Shown here piece after piece: positions 13,203 through 27,805 of a DNA stretch of 64,000 nt; the stretch's first letter is position 1; every line of letters begins with the position of its first letter. The DNA comes from Chrysomallon squamiferum (taxonomy: Eukaryota; Animalia; Mollusca). The position numbers and the translations under genes were made by a program. The stretch covers positions 2,976,001 through 3,040,000 of the forward strand of contig CM022676.1 in assembly GCA_012295275.1 (NCBI GenBank), given 5' to 3'. A model generated the notes under the pieces. It searched no databases and had not been told where the DNA came from. It was given only the letters and a program-made list of their open reading frames with translations.

Positions 13203-13449
13203 ATCTAAATTATTCTTTTTTTTACTTATTTTTATTCGGGAGAAATATATTATTTGTATTGTTAAAGAGTGCTGAGCAAGGATATTTTTATAGAGTTTTA
13301 ATTAATTTTTAATTTTAAAAAAATTGATTATTATTATTTTCGTGAATCTGGATTATAATATTTTTGATCGATAAGGTAATTAACTATATTTGCCGTTCGA
13401 AAACGAACGAATGAATAATTATGAGTATAAATATGTCTGTAACATAAAA

Positions 13450-13640
13450 TATTATGCTATGCTATGCTACATGTCACTGAATGACACTGCACTCTACTAT
13501 ATTACGCGATAGTATACTACACTATACTATATTATACTATACTATACTATAATATACTATACTATACTATACTATACTATACTATACTATACTATACTAT
13601 ACTATACTATACTATGCTATGCTATGCTGTGCTATACTAT
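13450..13640. repeat. (TATAC/TATGC)n pentanucleotide repeat in BTB 3' flank (also ~1140-1280, ~23510-23630, ~24345-24500; inverted ~49510-50100)
   Basis: Direct reading. Confidence 0.9.
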
Positions 13641-14436
13641 ATATTAATTATTATTGTATTTTAACTTTGAATGAAAAAATATAAAACATAATGATAAAAC
13701 TGCCTTTACATTTTGAAGAAATTACAAATAACTATCTTGTAAATAGTATTTTTAGTGCGAATAGACATTTGGTTTTAATAATTACAGTGTTATGTTAAAT
13801 ATTTCATTATATTTTAATGTCAGTTGAAACTATATTATATTTGTTGCTTTTTAAAGTTTAGGATTTAGTAAATGTGTGTATACATTTTTTTTTTTTTTAG
13901 AGAGATAGATAATATAATCGTAATATATTTTGAAGGTGCACCTTTTAATGGATTTTACTTTTTAGATATGGATAGAAATATTTGTGCATAATAATCAAAG
14001 TTTATTTCTATTATTATTTTATTTTATTATACTATTATTATTACTATTTTAATGTTTCGTTTTCTTTCTTTCTCAGCGTGAATTATAATATTTTGTAATA
14101 ATAATGTATTTACATTCGTAAATTTTCTTTGTTGGTAGCAATAATTTTTGTACATTTAACTTAATAAAATATTTCCAGATAATAACGTATTTTTATTTGT
14201 TTTCAAATTGTAAAAATGAGTAACTGTTGCTGTAGTTTGGTTTTCCTGTTGCTATAAAATGTTAGCGATATTTAAAGAATCATGTGAAATTCTTAAATAG
14301 ACTAGCAGATAGTCAAATAGACAGACAGATAAATAGAGAATAGATTATATCAATACAATTTGAAAACATCGTAACAATAAAATGCTCTGAAACTATTTGA
14401 AGCAAACAGTATGAAGAACAATAGAAAGCAGAGACA

Positions 14437-14552
<116 letters not shown>

Positions 14553-16019
14553 ACTTATTAACATTTGCTACACTTCACAAGACGTAAACATACGTCTATG
14601 AATATCAACAGCTGAGTTTGTGAATCCTGTCTCTACAGAAGATTTACTAATTAATAGAAAGGAAACAACACAGCGCGATAAAATTCTAAAACGAAAATCA
14701 AAAATGAAATCAAAACGTTCATGACTTAGCTACACAACTGCGATAAACATTATTATGAAATGTTTTATTTTATTTTTATTTTGCTCTTTTTCCTTTACTC
14801 TAAGTTTCTGTGACGCATAGACGACAGGCAATGGGAACGGAAAGAAAGATTAATCAAAGAAAGATAACTCCTACATACTTTATTAGTTGCATGAACATCT
14901 TCAATAATAATGTCTGCAGCTGTGCTGTTTCTGGTGTTTCTTTTGTTGTTCTTGTTGTTTGTTGGTTTTCGTTGGTGATTTTTTTTTTTTGTTGTTTTTT
15001 TAAAGAAAGGTTTGAGTATACTGCACTTGGACTAACCAGTATGTATACACCAAGTGATCTGGTTTCTACTCGAACATATTTTCACCCTTCATAAACGCCG
15101 ACGCACACTAATTCTCGTTTTTTATTCATAAAATGATACTGAAATAAACTATCACACACACAAACACACACACACACACAAACACAAACACACACACAAA
15201 CACACACACAAACACAAACACGTCCACATGCACTAAACATACGCTGAAGCACAAAGGACTCACTCAAGAGTACAAAAACATGCACCTGGGCGCGCACTCT
15301 GTATGCTTACGTTGGAATAAACATAAACGAAGAGGACAGACACAAATATCTCTTTTTCACAAATGTATACACACGGACTCATAGTCGTGTAGAATGTGCT
15401 ATACATTCTTTCACTCGCATATACATTGTGACTCACTCTCATATTAACATTCACATGCTCATAATTTTATACACTTTCATATACCCTCAAATCTACCCAT
15501 GTTATACATATACATCCAAATACTGTAGCATATACATTCTCACATACTCATGCATAGTTACAGTAAATACTTATATTCTCTAATATTCGTAAATATACTC
15601 ACATAATACACATACACTTGTATACACACACTGGCACACGCTCTGTGACATACACAAACATACACGCTACAGAGATGCATTCAAATACTCACTGGCTCAT
15701 GAAGTCTGTCATACTTTTTCATATACTCACACTAAACACAAAACTCATTTACTGACTAGCATAGGCTCAAATACTCACTCTCACATGTACATATTACACA
15801 AGTAAACATACTAAACACAAACACATATAGACTCACGCTCTGGCACATACACTTTCAAATTTTCATACAATCATTTACATACACTCTAACGTACACAGAA
15901 CATACGTATTCACACATACTCACAGTATACAAACACCCTCACAAAGTAACATTTTCAAAATTGTAATAAACATAGGTTCACTGTGTAGAAGTATATACTG
16001 TGAGGAGAAAGAGGTATAT

Positions 16020-16330
16020 ATTGTGTAATAAACGCATCTATAATGTATAAAAATGTATATGTCGTGGTAATAAAATTGTATCTTTTGTGGTAATAAATAT
16101 GTATCTGTTTTGGTAAGAAATATGTATCTATTTTGATAAGAAATATGTATCTATTGTGGTAAGAAATATGTATCTATTGTGGTAAGAAATATGTATCTAT
16201 TGTGGTAATAAAGATGTTTCCGTTCTAGTAAGAAAGATGTTTATGTTGTGGTAATAAAGATGTAACAATTGTGGTAATAAAGATGTATCTGTTGTAACAA
16301 TAAAGAGATTTATGTTGTGGTAATATAAAC
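16020..16330. repeat. 23-bp minisatellite (tgtggtaagaaatatgtatctat), about 13 degenerate copies
   Basis: Period 23 is visible at 16155/16178/16201. Confidence 0.85.
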
Positions 16331-16772
16331 TTATCTAATGAGATATTAACAGAGCTAAGGTTCATCTGACCCGGGGTTAGATTCCACCTACTGAGCTGTA
16401 GGGGACAGGTTATTTATTACCAAAGGATTCCGCTCCACCCTCGGGGCTGAAGGGGAGTGGCTCAGCCCGCCTACGAATTTCGCCGAGGAGACTGGTTTAA
16501 TTAGGGCAAATACAGTTTGTGAAGCTTGGCTCTTAGCCACTCTCTGATTTAAACGCCAGGACGATGTTTAGGCAGCCAATAATGTGTACCAGGTTGTCAC
16601 TGACGAGCCACATACTCTAAGATGAGGACAGTCAGTATGTCTCCAGGGGGTCCTTCAGTATTAGTTTTAGTCAGCATTAACAATTGGTTTGTAATCATTA
16701 ATTTCATCTGTTTTTCTTATTACAATACACAAAACAATGCTTAAGTGTATAATACACTAAAGAAAATATTCC

Positions 16773-17050
16773 ATGTTTATAAATGAAGCTGTGTACGGTA
16801 GAACTGGAGCTGAACCCACACCGCGTGTCGTACAGACAGACTTTGAGGTGGCTGCTATCCAAGCTGCTCAAGAGATGTACCCAGACACCGAGATCAGAGG
16901 ATGTTTTAATCAAACTGTGTGGAGGAAAGTCTCAGAGAAAGACCTTGCAGTCGAGTACAGGAACAACCCTGATCTACCCCGCCATGTTCGTAGAGCCGCT
17001 CTCTTGTTGTCAATACTCCCACGCAACCAAGTGCAGGACGTCGTGAACCA
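16773..17050 (+). mobile_element. MULE/Mutator transposase relic
   Basis: VQTDFEVAAIQAAQEMYPDTEIRGCF-NQTVWRKV..DL..EY matches the MULE 'DFE.A...A....FP...I.GC.FH..Q..WRK....GL...Y' signature, with FH deleted. Confidence 0.8.
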
Positions 17051-17111
17051 CAGTCCCGACCTTCCAAATCCGAAAAGCTCATCGCAGCCTGTTTGAGTTC
17101 GTCACACACAT

Positions 17112-17249
<138 letters not shown>

Positions 17250-17604
17250 AAAAATGTATATTAAAGTCACCAGTCTTTATTACGTTGTCTAATTATGTGG
17301 TAAGTATAAATATATCTGATATTTACTGTCTGCTGAAATGCAGTTATCTAAATTATCCGTTACCTGTATGATCGTGTATGTGTTTGGCTCATTATCGGAT
17401 AAGTATATAATAATTGCCTGGAAAAATGGATCCATGCATCATGATCAAATTGCAGCATTTATGTTTAAACAATGACTTCTTTGATACATTTACCAGGCAC
17501 GGTTGACTTGAACAATGTGAAGCTTTGGGAATGTTTTTTAATTCCAAACAAACATATCCTGTCAGATTCTCACTTACGGTCACGTGAATCACAGTCACCA
17601 CATG

Positions 17605-17690
17605 ACAACATCGCAGCTCCGAGTGATCGAACTCGCGACCTTTCAGTTATACGTCCAGGGATAGTAAAGCTTCACCATCACGGGAAAATA
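17605..17690 (-). mobile_element. Possible tRNA-derived SINE head
   Basis: The minus strand has the B-box-like aaggtcgcgagttcgatcactcgg preceded by an A-box-like tgatggtgaag. No complete cloverleaf. Confidence 0.3.
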
Positions 17691-17742
17691 ACGTATTTGT
17701 ATTTGAGTAACTGTTATGTAATTTTATTTCATTTTATTTATT

Positions 17743-17864
<122 letters not shown>

Positions 17865-18341
17865 GCCAAATGAAAATGAAAGAACAACAAAATCTATTAA
17901 GAAGAGTAAATAAAACTGAATAAACCACTACAATTACTACAACAACAAATACTAAAACTACTGCTACTACTAGTACTAATCATAAGTAATATTGCAATAA
18001 TAACGGTCGGGGGGGGTGAGAAGAAGAAAACAATAGAAAAAAAAAAACAAAATAAAAACAACAACAACAGAAAAACAACGATTAACATCACCTAAATAAA
18101 CTGTCAGTACTTATTATTATTATGAAAGCTCACTATAAATATTATGCTCAGTATAGATTTTTAATTTCATTACCGAAAACGTAACATAATTTTGTCAAAC
18201 GCTTATTAATACTTTTACGATTGATGTATAAGAGTTATCTTCTTTGAAACAAGTAGCTCATTAAAAGCAGGTAAGAATCCGAGTGAATACTTTCAGAAAC
18301 AAAAATTCTCAACTACATTAATAATTAGGTGAAATGTACGT

Positions 18342-18915
18342 ACACTGAAACCCACAACTTGTGACCTTCATTGCTCAGTTCAGACGGAATCAACGAAGAT
18401 CAAACTAATCGTATCTGATAGACTTTAGAGAGCCTAAGACACTCGTTAACCAAAAAAAGTTTAACTTAGGAACTCCAAGTTTTATCGACAATATAGGTCA
18501 CCCGTGACTTGTACTGAACCCTGTCAGTTCTGATATGGATATCAGGACAAAGTGGTTCAATATAGGGAATTCAGAGTATCCTTTGTACATTCCATTTTCA
18601 ATACATTATCTTTCTAAATGAGACTGCTGCAAGATAGAATTATAAAAATAAAAAGGAAGGAAGGAAGGAAAATAAGATGTTCATTGTGTCAGTTATGTTG
18701 TCCAGATCAACATTTAAACTGATCGACATCTTTGATCGCAGCATGTCTGACTGTGTCAACTCGGAAGTCAACTGTGACGAGGAGTTCTGTTGTATCTGAA
18801 CTTTGCACTTCAAATCTAGCTACAGCTGCACAATCAGCATCTAACCACACGTTTGGGTTGAAGGGCAAAATGCCTCAACATTTCGTATGTGATTCAATAT
18901 AAGAACGGCGTGGTT
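18342..18915 (-). mobile_element. Tc1/mariner pogo-like (DDE_1) transposon 3' relic
   Basis: Minus strand ~18910-18730 reads YIESHTKC*GILPFNPNVWLDADCA, similar to the pogo-type 'F.KCGI.PFNP.VF.D.DF' motif. TA + cactgaaaccc.. at 18340 looks like one terminus; no partner TIR was found. Confidence 0.5.
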
Positions 18916-19049
18916 GTTCAATACAGGGGACTAGACAATGAAAATACCCGAATGTAGTTTTTCTGACGTGGCGTGAAATTCAACTTTTTTCGATGCTATA
19001 TGCAAACACTATGACGTGAAATTCAACTTCTTTCAAAGAAATCTTTGTT

Positions 19050-20130
19050 ATGTTTTGAATGTATGCAATGTATATTGGATGTATATATAATGAATAAAGG
19101 GCTGAATTAGGCTTTAGATAATGAAGATATGCGAAACAATAACTAAATGTTCCTTATTTGAAATTATAAATTTTACACAAATCCACTGCATCAGCAAACA
19201 AAACTGTGAAGATGACATCCAGTTCAGATAAAATATCATTCAGAGCTTCAGAGCGTACACAGATGCAGATATCAGATTTATTTATTTATTTTATTTCTTT
19301 TATTAGCAACTGGGAAAACCCCCATAATTCGCACGCAGAGTAAAGAATGTGAGAGATCGAGATTGTCACGTAGTACAGTGACCTAGTTAACAATTATTAT
19401 CAAACTTAACTTCGAGAAAATTCTATATACAAGCCCACATCTAAATAAACTGTCGGTTAAAACATGGCGGATGTGAGAATTATTCTGGACATAAATATTT
19501 AATTTCAATAGCAAGAAAAATAATGTCGAAGGTTTTGTAATACTTTAATGATTAATGTTTATATAAGAGTTGTCTTCCCTGAAACGCCTAGATCACAAAA
19601 AGCAGGTCAAAGTTCGAATGGATAACTTTTAATAGTAAAAATTCTTAATTACCTTAATAATTGTCTCAATCACAAAGTAATTATTCATTTAGTTTTCATA
19701 AAATAAAATTAGGAATAAATTAAGATGATCACTACTGCTTATCGTTATTTCTAAAGGAGTTAATTTGAAATTGAAAGTAGTATTTATTGCTTTGTTTTCC
19801 TTGAAAAAAGTCAGATGTTTACTAGGAAGTAATTTACATACAGGACACATTGCTGAAAGTGACGTTTCTAGAAGGTAAGTTTTTCTTTTCGTTAGAAACA
19901 AAGATTTTTCTTATTACTGATTTTTCTGTAGATATATTTTGAAACCTGATTATCCATTTGAAACAAATACAGTGAAATAGTGGTTATCTGTTGAAGGTAT
20001 GCTGTGTATTTTGGATGTATACATAAAGAACAGAAATATCTGTAAACGATTTTGCCGCGTAGCACTGTGACCTAGTTAACAATGTTATCAAAGTTTACCT
20101 TCGAGAATGTTCGCCGCTGAGACATCGGAA
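19050..20130. repeat. Repeat-family units upstream of BTB copy 2 (paralogous block at ~25220-26720 upstream of copy 3)
   Basis: Same motif series. 19380-20480 is highly similar to 25970-27050. Confidence 0.85.
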
Positions 20131-20166
20131 AACAAGATATAATAATAATAATAATAATAATCATAA

Positions 20167-20197
<31 letters not shown>

Positions 20198-20207
20198 CAT
20201 CATCATC

Positions 20208-20256
<49 letters not shown>

Positions 20257-20477
20257 TAATAATAATAATAACAATAACAATAATAATCATAGAAGATGAT
20301 GAAGAAGAAAATGAATATTCAAATAATAAATAAATTTAAAAACACAACTGAACAATGCGAAATTGATAATAAATAAAGTTATTTATTAATTTTAATTGCA
20401 GGGAGGAATGAGTCGGATAAAACAAAGAACAGGGGAAAATATTAAGTTAAATAATAAGCACATTCCAGCAAACATAA

Positions 20478-20526
<49 letters not shown>

Positions 20527-20721
20527 TACAAATAAAAGCTTGGTTGATGGTTAACGTGACCGTGAACATGTGTGTCAGTGACTGGGTCGCTGATGTCGTT
20601 ATCACGTAAAGCTCTCTCTCTCTCTCTCTCTCTCAGAAATATACACAGTTTTTTTGTTTACTTACGTTAAAATAAATATTATCATCTGTTGTTAACATTT
20701 TATTAATTCAGTGATAACAAA

Positions 20722-21038
20722 ATGGCTGCAGCAGAAGCTGATACTGTGGATGATGTAACCACCCCTCGAGAAAGAGAAGTAAAAAATACTTCCGGTTTTG
20801 TTGATAACTGGCAACATGGACGAACTATCATTGAAAGTCTCGGATATTCTCTCAAGAAAAACATTCTCTGTGACGTCACATTCATTGTCGGAGAGGGCAG
20901 GACACGTATCCAAGCTCACAAGTTGATACTCAGTCTGCGCAGCTGTGTGTTTCACGCCATGTTGACAGGAGATCTGAAAGAACAGGATGATATTGTAATC
21001 CCAGACACTGAAGCAGAAATTTTGCATTTGTTTTTAGA
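20722..21038 (+). CDS. BTB-BACK-PHR-like protein copy 2, coding exon 1
   Basis: Same 317-nt exon with BTB motifs and phase-2 donor GA|gtaaga. Confidence 0.92.
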
Positions 21039-21609
21039 GTAAGAAATTAGTATCCAGTTTTATTATTTATTTGTTTGTTTGTTTCTTTTTTCTTTATTTA
21101 TTTGTTTCTTTTTTTCTTTCTTTATTTGTTCGTTTATTTACTTTACTTATTTTTGTTCGTTACCGATTTTATTTTATATGAATGATAACGCATGCATATT
21201 TATGTATATATGTGTTTGTATATATGCATGTCTGTTAGGTACGTATGTGTCTGTGTGTATGCATGTGATTTTATGTGTGCATATGTGTGTTAATATGTGT
21301 TAATATATATGTACATATTTGTATGTGTTTATGTATGTGTGTACAATGTGTGTATGAGTATGTGTACGTATGTTTCTACGTGTATTTGTATATATGTATA
21401 TGTGTATATGTGTACGTATGTATGTATGTGTATGTGTCTGCGTGTGCTCATATCGGTATATTTGTTTTTGCATGTATGTTTGTGCATTGTGTGTATCTTT
21501 GTGTTTTGGTCTGCGGTTCTGGGAGTTTCTTTATGTGGGTGTGCGTGCGTGCGTGCATGCTTTCGAGTGTGTATCTGTGAATTTTCATTTACCTGGGATT
21601 TTTTTCCAG

Positions 21610-22654
21610 ATTTCTTTATACTGATAAAACGGATTTTAAACCGAAGAACGTCATCCAATTATTGTACCTTGCCAGGAAGTATGACGTCACTAATCTAGAA
21701 AAGAGATGTCTTAACTACCTTGAAACGAAAATGACGACGGTCGACGCCTGTCTCCTGTTGGAAGAATCTCACATCTATAAACAAGATGATGTCTCGGTAA
21801 CGTGTCTGAGATATATTTGGAAAAACGGCGAAGCTGTACTGAATTCAAAAAGTTTCACAGATCTCTGTAATGAATGTTTAGGAAAGATAATTGAATCTGA
21901 TGATCTGAACGCCGTCGAGGAGACAGTTTTTCAGTCATGCATGAAATGGAGTGAAACTGAGTGCAGACGACAGGAAAAAGAAATAACAGCGGAAAACCAA
22001 CGTGAAATACTGGGAAAAGAGCTGTACCTCATTCGCTTACCTCTTGTCGAGAGAGAATATTTTGAAGACAAGATTCTGCCCACAGATATTTTGTCTGAAT
22101 CTGAAGGATTCAAAATTATGCGTTCCTATGTCTACCCAGAGAAAGATGTTTCAGGTTTCAACAAAAGCCGCAGAGTTGGTATAAAAAAGAAGCTAATGGA
22201 AATTGACCGACTTACAAATGTTCATTTGAACACCTTCCTTAGTTTTTATACCTACATGTATGATGTAACAGAATTTAGTTTGGACAGAAGTGCTGCTCTG
22301 AAAGGTTTCAGTATTCTCAGTGTTGTAGAAAAGAACAGTTATGTTACAATCAAAGCCAGTGTTTGTGAAGTTTCGAAAGATGTGATGCTTCCAGGATCTT
22401 CAGTGGATAAAACAATCAACCTGAGTAGTTTAGATATTGATTTCACAAGTCCTTTAGAGCTGAAGAAAAAAACAAAGTACAAACTGATTGTTCAAACACA
22501 AGGAAGAGTTACATATCACACAGAGGTCAGACAAGGTGAGATGCGTGAAGGTTTTCTGAAGTGTACATTCTCAGACTACAAATCATGTTCTCACACTCCT
22601 ACGTCCAATCAAGTCAAAACAAACTTGATATCTCGACTAAAATTCCTCGTTTGA
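21610..22654 (+). CDS. BTB-BACK-PHR-like protein copy 2, coding exon 2; 453 aa in total
   Basis: Acceptor ttttccag|A; open frame FLYTDK...SRLKFLV*. Confidence 0.92.
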
Positions 22655-24238
22655 GTGTGATTTATATTATATTTATAAAATGTTACTGCTGCTTCAATCA
22701 TACATAGTAAATTCAGATATAAATCATATTATTATTAATAGCTGTATTATTAGTAATCTCTATATACACAAACATTCATAAATACACATATATACACACA
22801 TACACACATAAACAGAGCAGCAAAAAAAAAAAAAAAAAATGTTATCAGAATAATTTGGAAGTTTGAAAAGAAAAAAGACAAATGGAAAACTTACGGACGA
22901 GGAATTTCACTTTCGTTTCGGTAGAATATTATTATTTTACATTCAGAACAAGAAAGAACATGACTTAACTGACTGAAAAAAAGCCCAGATTAACTTTTTG
23001 TAAATTAACTTTGCAGTGATCATTTTAATTATTGTTTTAGATAACAGTTTTATTATTAATTTTATTGTCTCATAATTTATCACTGTTCGTGTGTTACTTT
23101 GGAAACGTTTATCATAGTAACGTGTCATCTGTGTGTTTTAATCATGTTTTACAAAATTCTTTGGTTTAACACCGATTCCGAGATAGATGGAAGAATCAAG
23201 AAAAATCACTCTGGGATAATAGCACAAATGATTTCTCCAGAGTTACATACTGTTTATTTATTTATTTATTTAGAATTATTTTTTAATTTACTTTTATTCG
23301 GTTGAAATATGTTTTATGTATTGTCAAAGAGTGCTGAGAAAAGATTTTCTATACTGTTTTGATTTATTTTTAATTTTTAAATTTTAAATTTTTTTATTTC
23401 GTGACTCTGGACTATAATATTTTTGATCGATAAGGTAATTAATTAGATTTGCAGTTCGAAAACGATCGAATGAATAGTTATATAAATAAATATGTCTTTA
23501 ATATAAAATGTTATACTATCCTATGCTATGCTGTGCTGTGCAATGATATGCTATTCTATGCTATGCGATAGTATACTATGCTATACTATGCTATACTATG
23601 CTATACTATGCTATACTATGCTATACAATAGTACGTACGGTATAATATTAATTAATTATTGTTAAATGTTTACTTTAAAAAAATATAAAATATAATAATA
23701 AAATTGCCTTTACATTTTAAAAAGTTACAAACAGCTATTTCTTAAATGTATTTTTAGTGCGAATATAAATTTTGTTTTTAATAAATAACTGTTTTATTTT
23801 AAAAATTATATTTAAATGTCAGTTTATATTTATAGGCAATAGTATAATTATATTTGTTGCTTTTTAAAGATTAGGATTCAGTAAATGTTTTTTATATATA
23901 TATTTGTGCTTTTTAGATAGACGGATAATGTAATCATAATGTATTTTGAAAATACACGGTTTTAATTTTTACTTATTTATATTTTCAAATTAGTTCTGTT
24001 CAGAAGAAGTATTTTTATTGTTAAAGAGCTCTGAAAAAGTTCTACATTGTTTTATTTTATTTTTAATTTTTAAAAATTTGATTATTATTATTTTCGTGAC
24101 TCTTGATTTTAAGATTTTTGATTCATAAGGTAACTGATTACACGTGCAGCTCTGAAACGTGTGTGTGTGTGCGTGTGTGTGTGCGTGTGTGAGCGTGTGC
24201 GTGTGCGTGTGCGTGTGTGCGTGTGCGTGCGTGTGCGT

Positions 24239-24300
<62 letters not shown>

Positions 24301-26757
24301 GTGTGTGTGTATATATATATATATGTCTGTAACATAAAATATTATACTATCCTATACTATACTAAACTATAGTACTATGCTATTCTGTACTATGGTATAT
24401 TATACTATACTATAGTGTACTACACTATATTATACTGTGCTACGCTACGCTATACTATACTACACAATACTATACTATACTATGCTACACTATACTATAT
24501 TAAACTATTTATAGACAATAATATAATTACATTTGTTGCTTTTTAAAGCTTAGCATTCAGTAAATGTTAGCATACATATATTTGTGTGTTAGAGAATGTA
24601 ATCATAATGTATTGTGAAATAACACGTTTCAGTCGATTTTATTTTTTAGATACGGTTAAAAAGTATTAGTGGATAATAATCTAAGTTTATTTCTATTATT
24701 ATTTTATTTTATTATACTATTATTACTCTTTTAATGTTTTGTTTCCTCTCTTTCTCAACGTGAATTACAATATTTTGTAATAAAGATGTATTTACATTCG
24801 TAAGTTTTAATTGCAGGTAGCAATAATAGTTGTACATTTTAGCTTATTAAAATATTTGCAGATAATAACGTACTTTTCTTTGTTTTCAATTGTAAAAATG
24901 AGAAATTTGGTTTTCATTTTAATATAAAAGGTTAGGGATATTTAAATTGATAAACAGACAAACAGACAGAAAGACAGAGAGACAGACAGATAGATTACAT
25001 AGAGAATAGTTTATATAAATACAGTTTGAAAACATCACAAAATTAAAATAACTGAGAAAGAACATACTAAATTAAAAAAAAAATTAACCAAATAAAAATG
25101 AAAGAACCTCAAAAACCGAGGAAAATAACAAAATAATGGGAGGGGGGGAAGAAAATAGAGAGAAAAAAGAAAACACCTAAATAAAGTGTCACTTCGATAA
25201 ATATTATTATTATAAAATTATGTTCAAAATAAATATTTAATTTCATTACCGATAACTGAAAATTAATTTTGTCAAAGTCTTCTTAATACTTTAAGGATCA
25301 GTGTTTGTGTAAGAGTTATCTTCACTGAAACATTAGCTCAGAAAAAGCAGGTCAAAGTTCAAGTGGAAAACTTTTAAAAACACTTAATTACATCAATAAT
25401 CATCTCAGTGGTAAAGTGGTTTTTTAATTAGTTTTCATAAAATAAAATTACGAATAAACTAAGATGACATATACTACTTATAATTATATCTAAAAGTGTA
25501 ATTTCTAAATTGAAATTAGTATTTATTGTTTTGTTTTCCTGGATACCGCGGGATATTTACAAGGAAGTAATTTACAAACAGGACAGACCGCTCAAGGTGA
25601 AATTTCTAGAAGGTAAGTTTTTACTTGTGTTAGAAACAAAGATTTTTTCCGATTACCGCCTTTGTCTGTAGATACCTAATAATCTGTTTAAAACAAATGC
25701 AGTGAAGTGTTGGTTATTTCAGTATTTGTCTGTTCACAGTTGTTCACATTGCTGTCTATTCGCCATTGTGTGTCGCCATATCCACTGCGTCAACAAAGCA
25801 AACTGTGAAGCTGACATCTAGTTCAGCTAAAATATCATTCAGAGCATCAAATGTAGATAGATATCAGTTTTACCTTCTGGTTTTATTTCTATTATTAGCA
25901 ACTGGGAAACACCCCATTACCCGCGACTTCAGTAAAGAATGTGTGAGATCGAGTTTGTCACGCAGTACAGTGACTTAGTTAACTGTTATTATCAAACTTA
26001 ACCTCGAGAAAGTTCTATATATAAGCCCACATCTAAATAAAGTGTCGGTTAAAACATGGTGCATGTGAGAATTTTTTTGGATATGAATATTTAACTTATG
26101 TTAAATAATGTCGAAGGTTTCTTAATACTTTAATGATCAATGTTTGTATAAGAGTTATCTTCCCTGAAACACCCAGATCAAAAATAGCAGGTCAAAGTTC
26201 CAATGGATAACTTTTAAAAGTAAAAATTCGTAATTATGTTAATAATTATCTCAATCACAAAGTGATTTTCTTATTAAGTTTTCATAAAATAAAATTAGGA
26301 ATAAATTAAGATGATAACTACTATTTATCTTTATTTCTAAAAGAGTTAATTTGAAATTGAAAGTAGCATTTACTGCTTTATTTTCCTTGAAAAAAGTCAG
26401 ATGTTTACTAGGAAGTAATTTACATACAGGACACACTGCTGAAGGTGACGTTTCTAGAAGGTAAGTTTTTCTTTTCGTTAGAAACAAAGATTTTTCTTAT
26501 TACTGATTTTTCTGTAGATATATTTTGAAACCTGATTATGCATTTAAAACAAATACAGTGAAATAGTGGTTATTTGTTGAAGGTATGCTGTGTAGTTTGG
26601 ATGTATACATAAAGAATAGAAATATCTGTAAACGATTTTACCACGTATTACTGTGACCTAGTTAACAATGTTATCAAACTTTACCTTCGAGAATGTTCGC
26701 CGCTGAGACGTCGGAAAACAAGATATAATAATAATAATAATAATCATAATCATAATC

Positions 26758-26797
<40 letters not shown>

Positions 26798-27306
26798 TGA
26801 TAATAATAATAATAACAATAATAATAATAATCATAGAAGATGATGAAGAAGAAAATGAATATTCAAATAATAAATAAATAAATAAATTTAAAAACACAAC
26901 TGAACAATGACAAATTGATAATAAATAAAGTTATTTATTAATTTTAATTACAGGGAGGAATGAGTCGGGTAAAAGAAAGAACAGGGGAAAATATTAAGAT
27001 AAATAATAAGCACATTCCAGCAAACATAAATACATATGTACACACACACACGCACACATATTAAGGCAATAAATGAAATAAAGTTTGCAGTGATATCGAG
27101 ATCGTTTTATTGTTAGCACAAAGAAAAAAAAGAAAAAGAAAAGAAAAAGCTACAGATTAACAATAGCAGGTTTTTGTGCAGTTCATCTGTTGTATGCAAG
27201 AAAATTGTAAAACAAGTCTACAAATAAAAACTTGGTTTATGGTTAACGTGACCGTGAACATGTGTGTCAGTGACTGTGTCGCTGATGTCGTTATCACGTA
27301 AAGCTG

Positions 27307-27403
<97 letters not shown>

Positions 27404-27488
27404 AAATATACACAGTTTTTTTGTTTACTTACGTTAAAATAAATATTATTTTCTGTTGTTATCATTTTATTAATTCAGTGATAACAAA

Positions 27489-27805
27489 ATGGCTGCAGCA
27501 CAAACCGAAGTCGTGGATGATGTAACCATCCCTCGAGAAACAGAAGTAAAAAATATTTCCGGTTTTGTTGATAACTGGCAACATGAACGAACTATCGTTG
27601 AAAGTCTTCGATATTCTCTAAAGGAAAACATTCTCTGTGACGTCACATTCATTGTCGGAGAGGACAGGACACGTATCCAAGCTCACAAGTTGATACTCAG
27701 TCTGCGCAGCTGTGTGTTTCACGCCATGCTGACAGGAGATCTGAAAGAACAGGGTGATATTGTAATCCCAGACACTGAAGCAGAAATTTTTCAATTGTTT
27801 TTAGA
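27489..27805 (+). CDS. BTB-BACK-PHR-like protein copy 3, coding exon 1
   Basis: Same 317-nt exon with BTB motifs and a phase-2 donor. Confidence 0.92.

Noticed and set aside
20095-20125. Possible 18-nt micro-exon (ag|CGGCGAACATTCTCGAAG|gtaaa, minus strand) and 31-nt plus-strand exon-like segment in the spacer repeat
   Set aside because: No coherent peptide or Gly-X-Y frame; better explained as arms of the repeat's internal inverted repeat.
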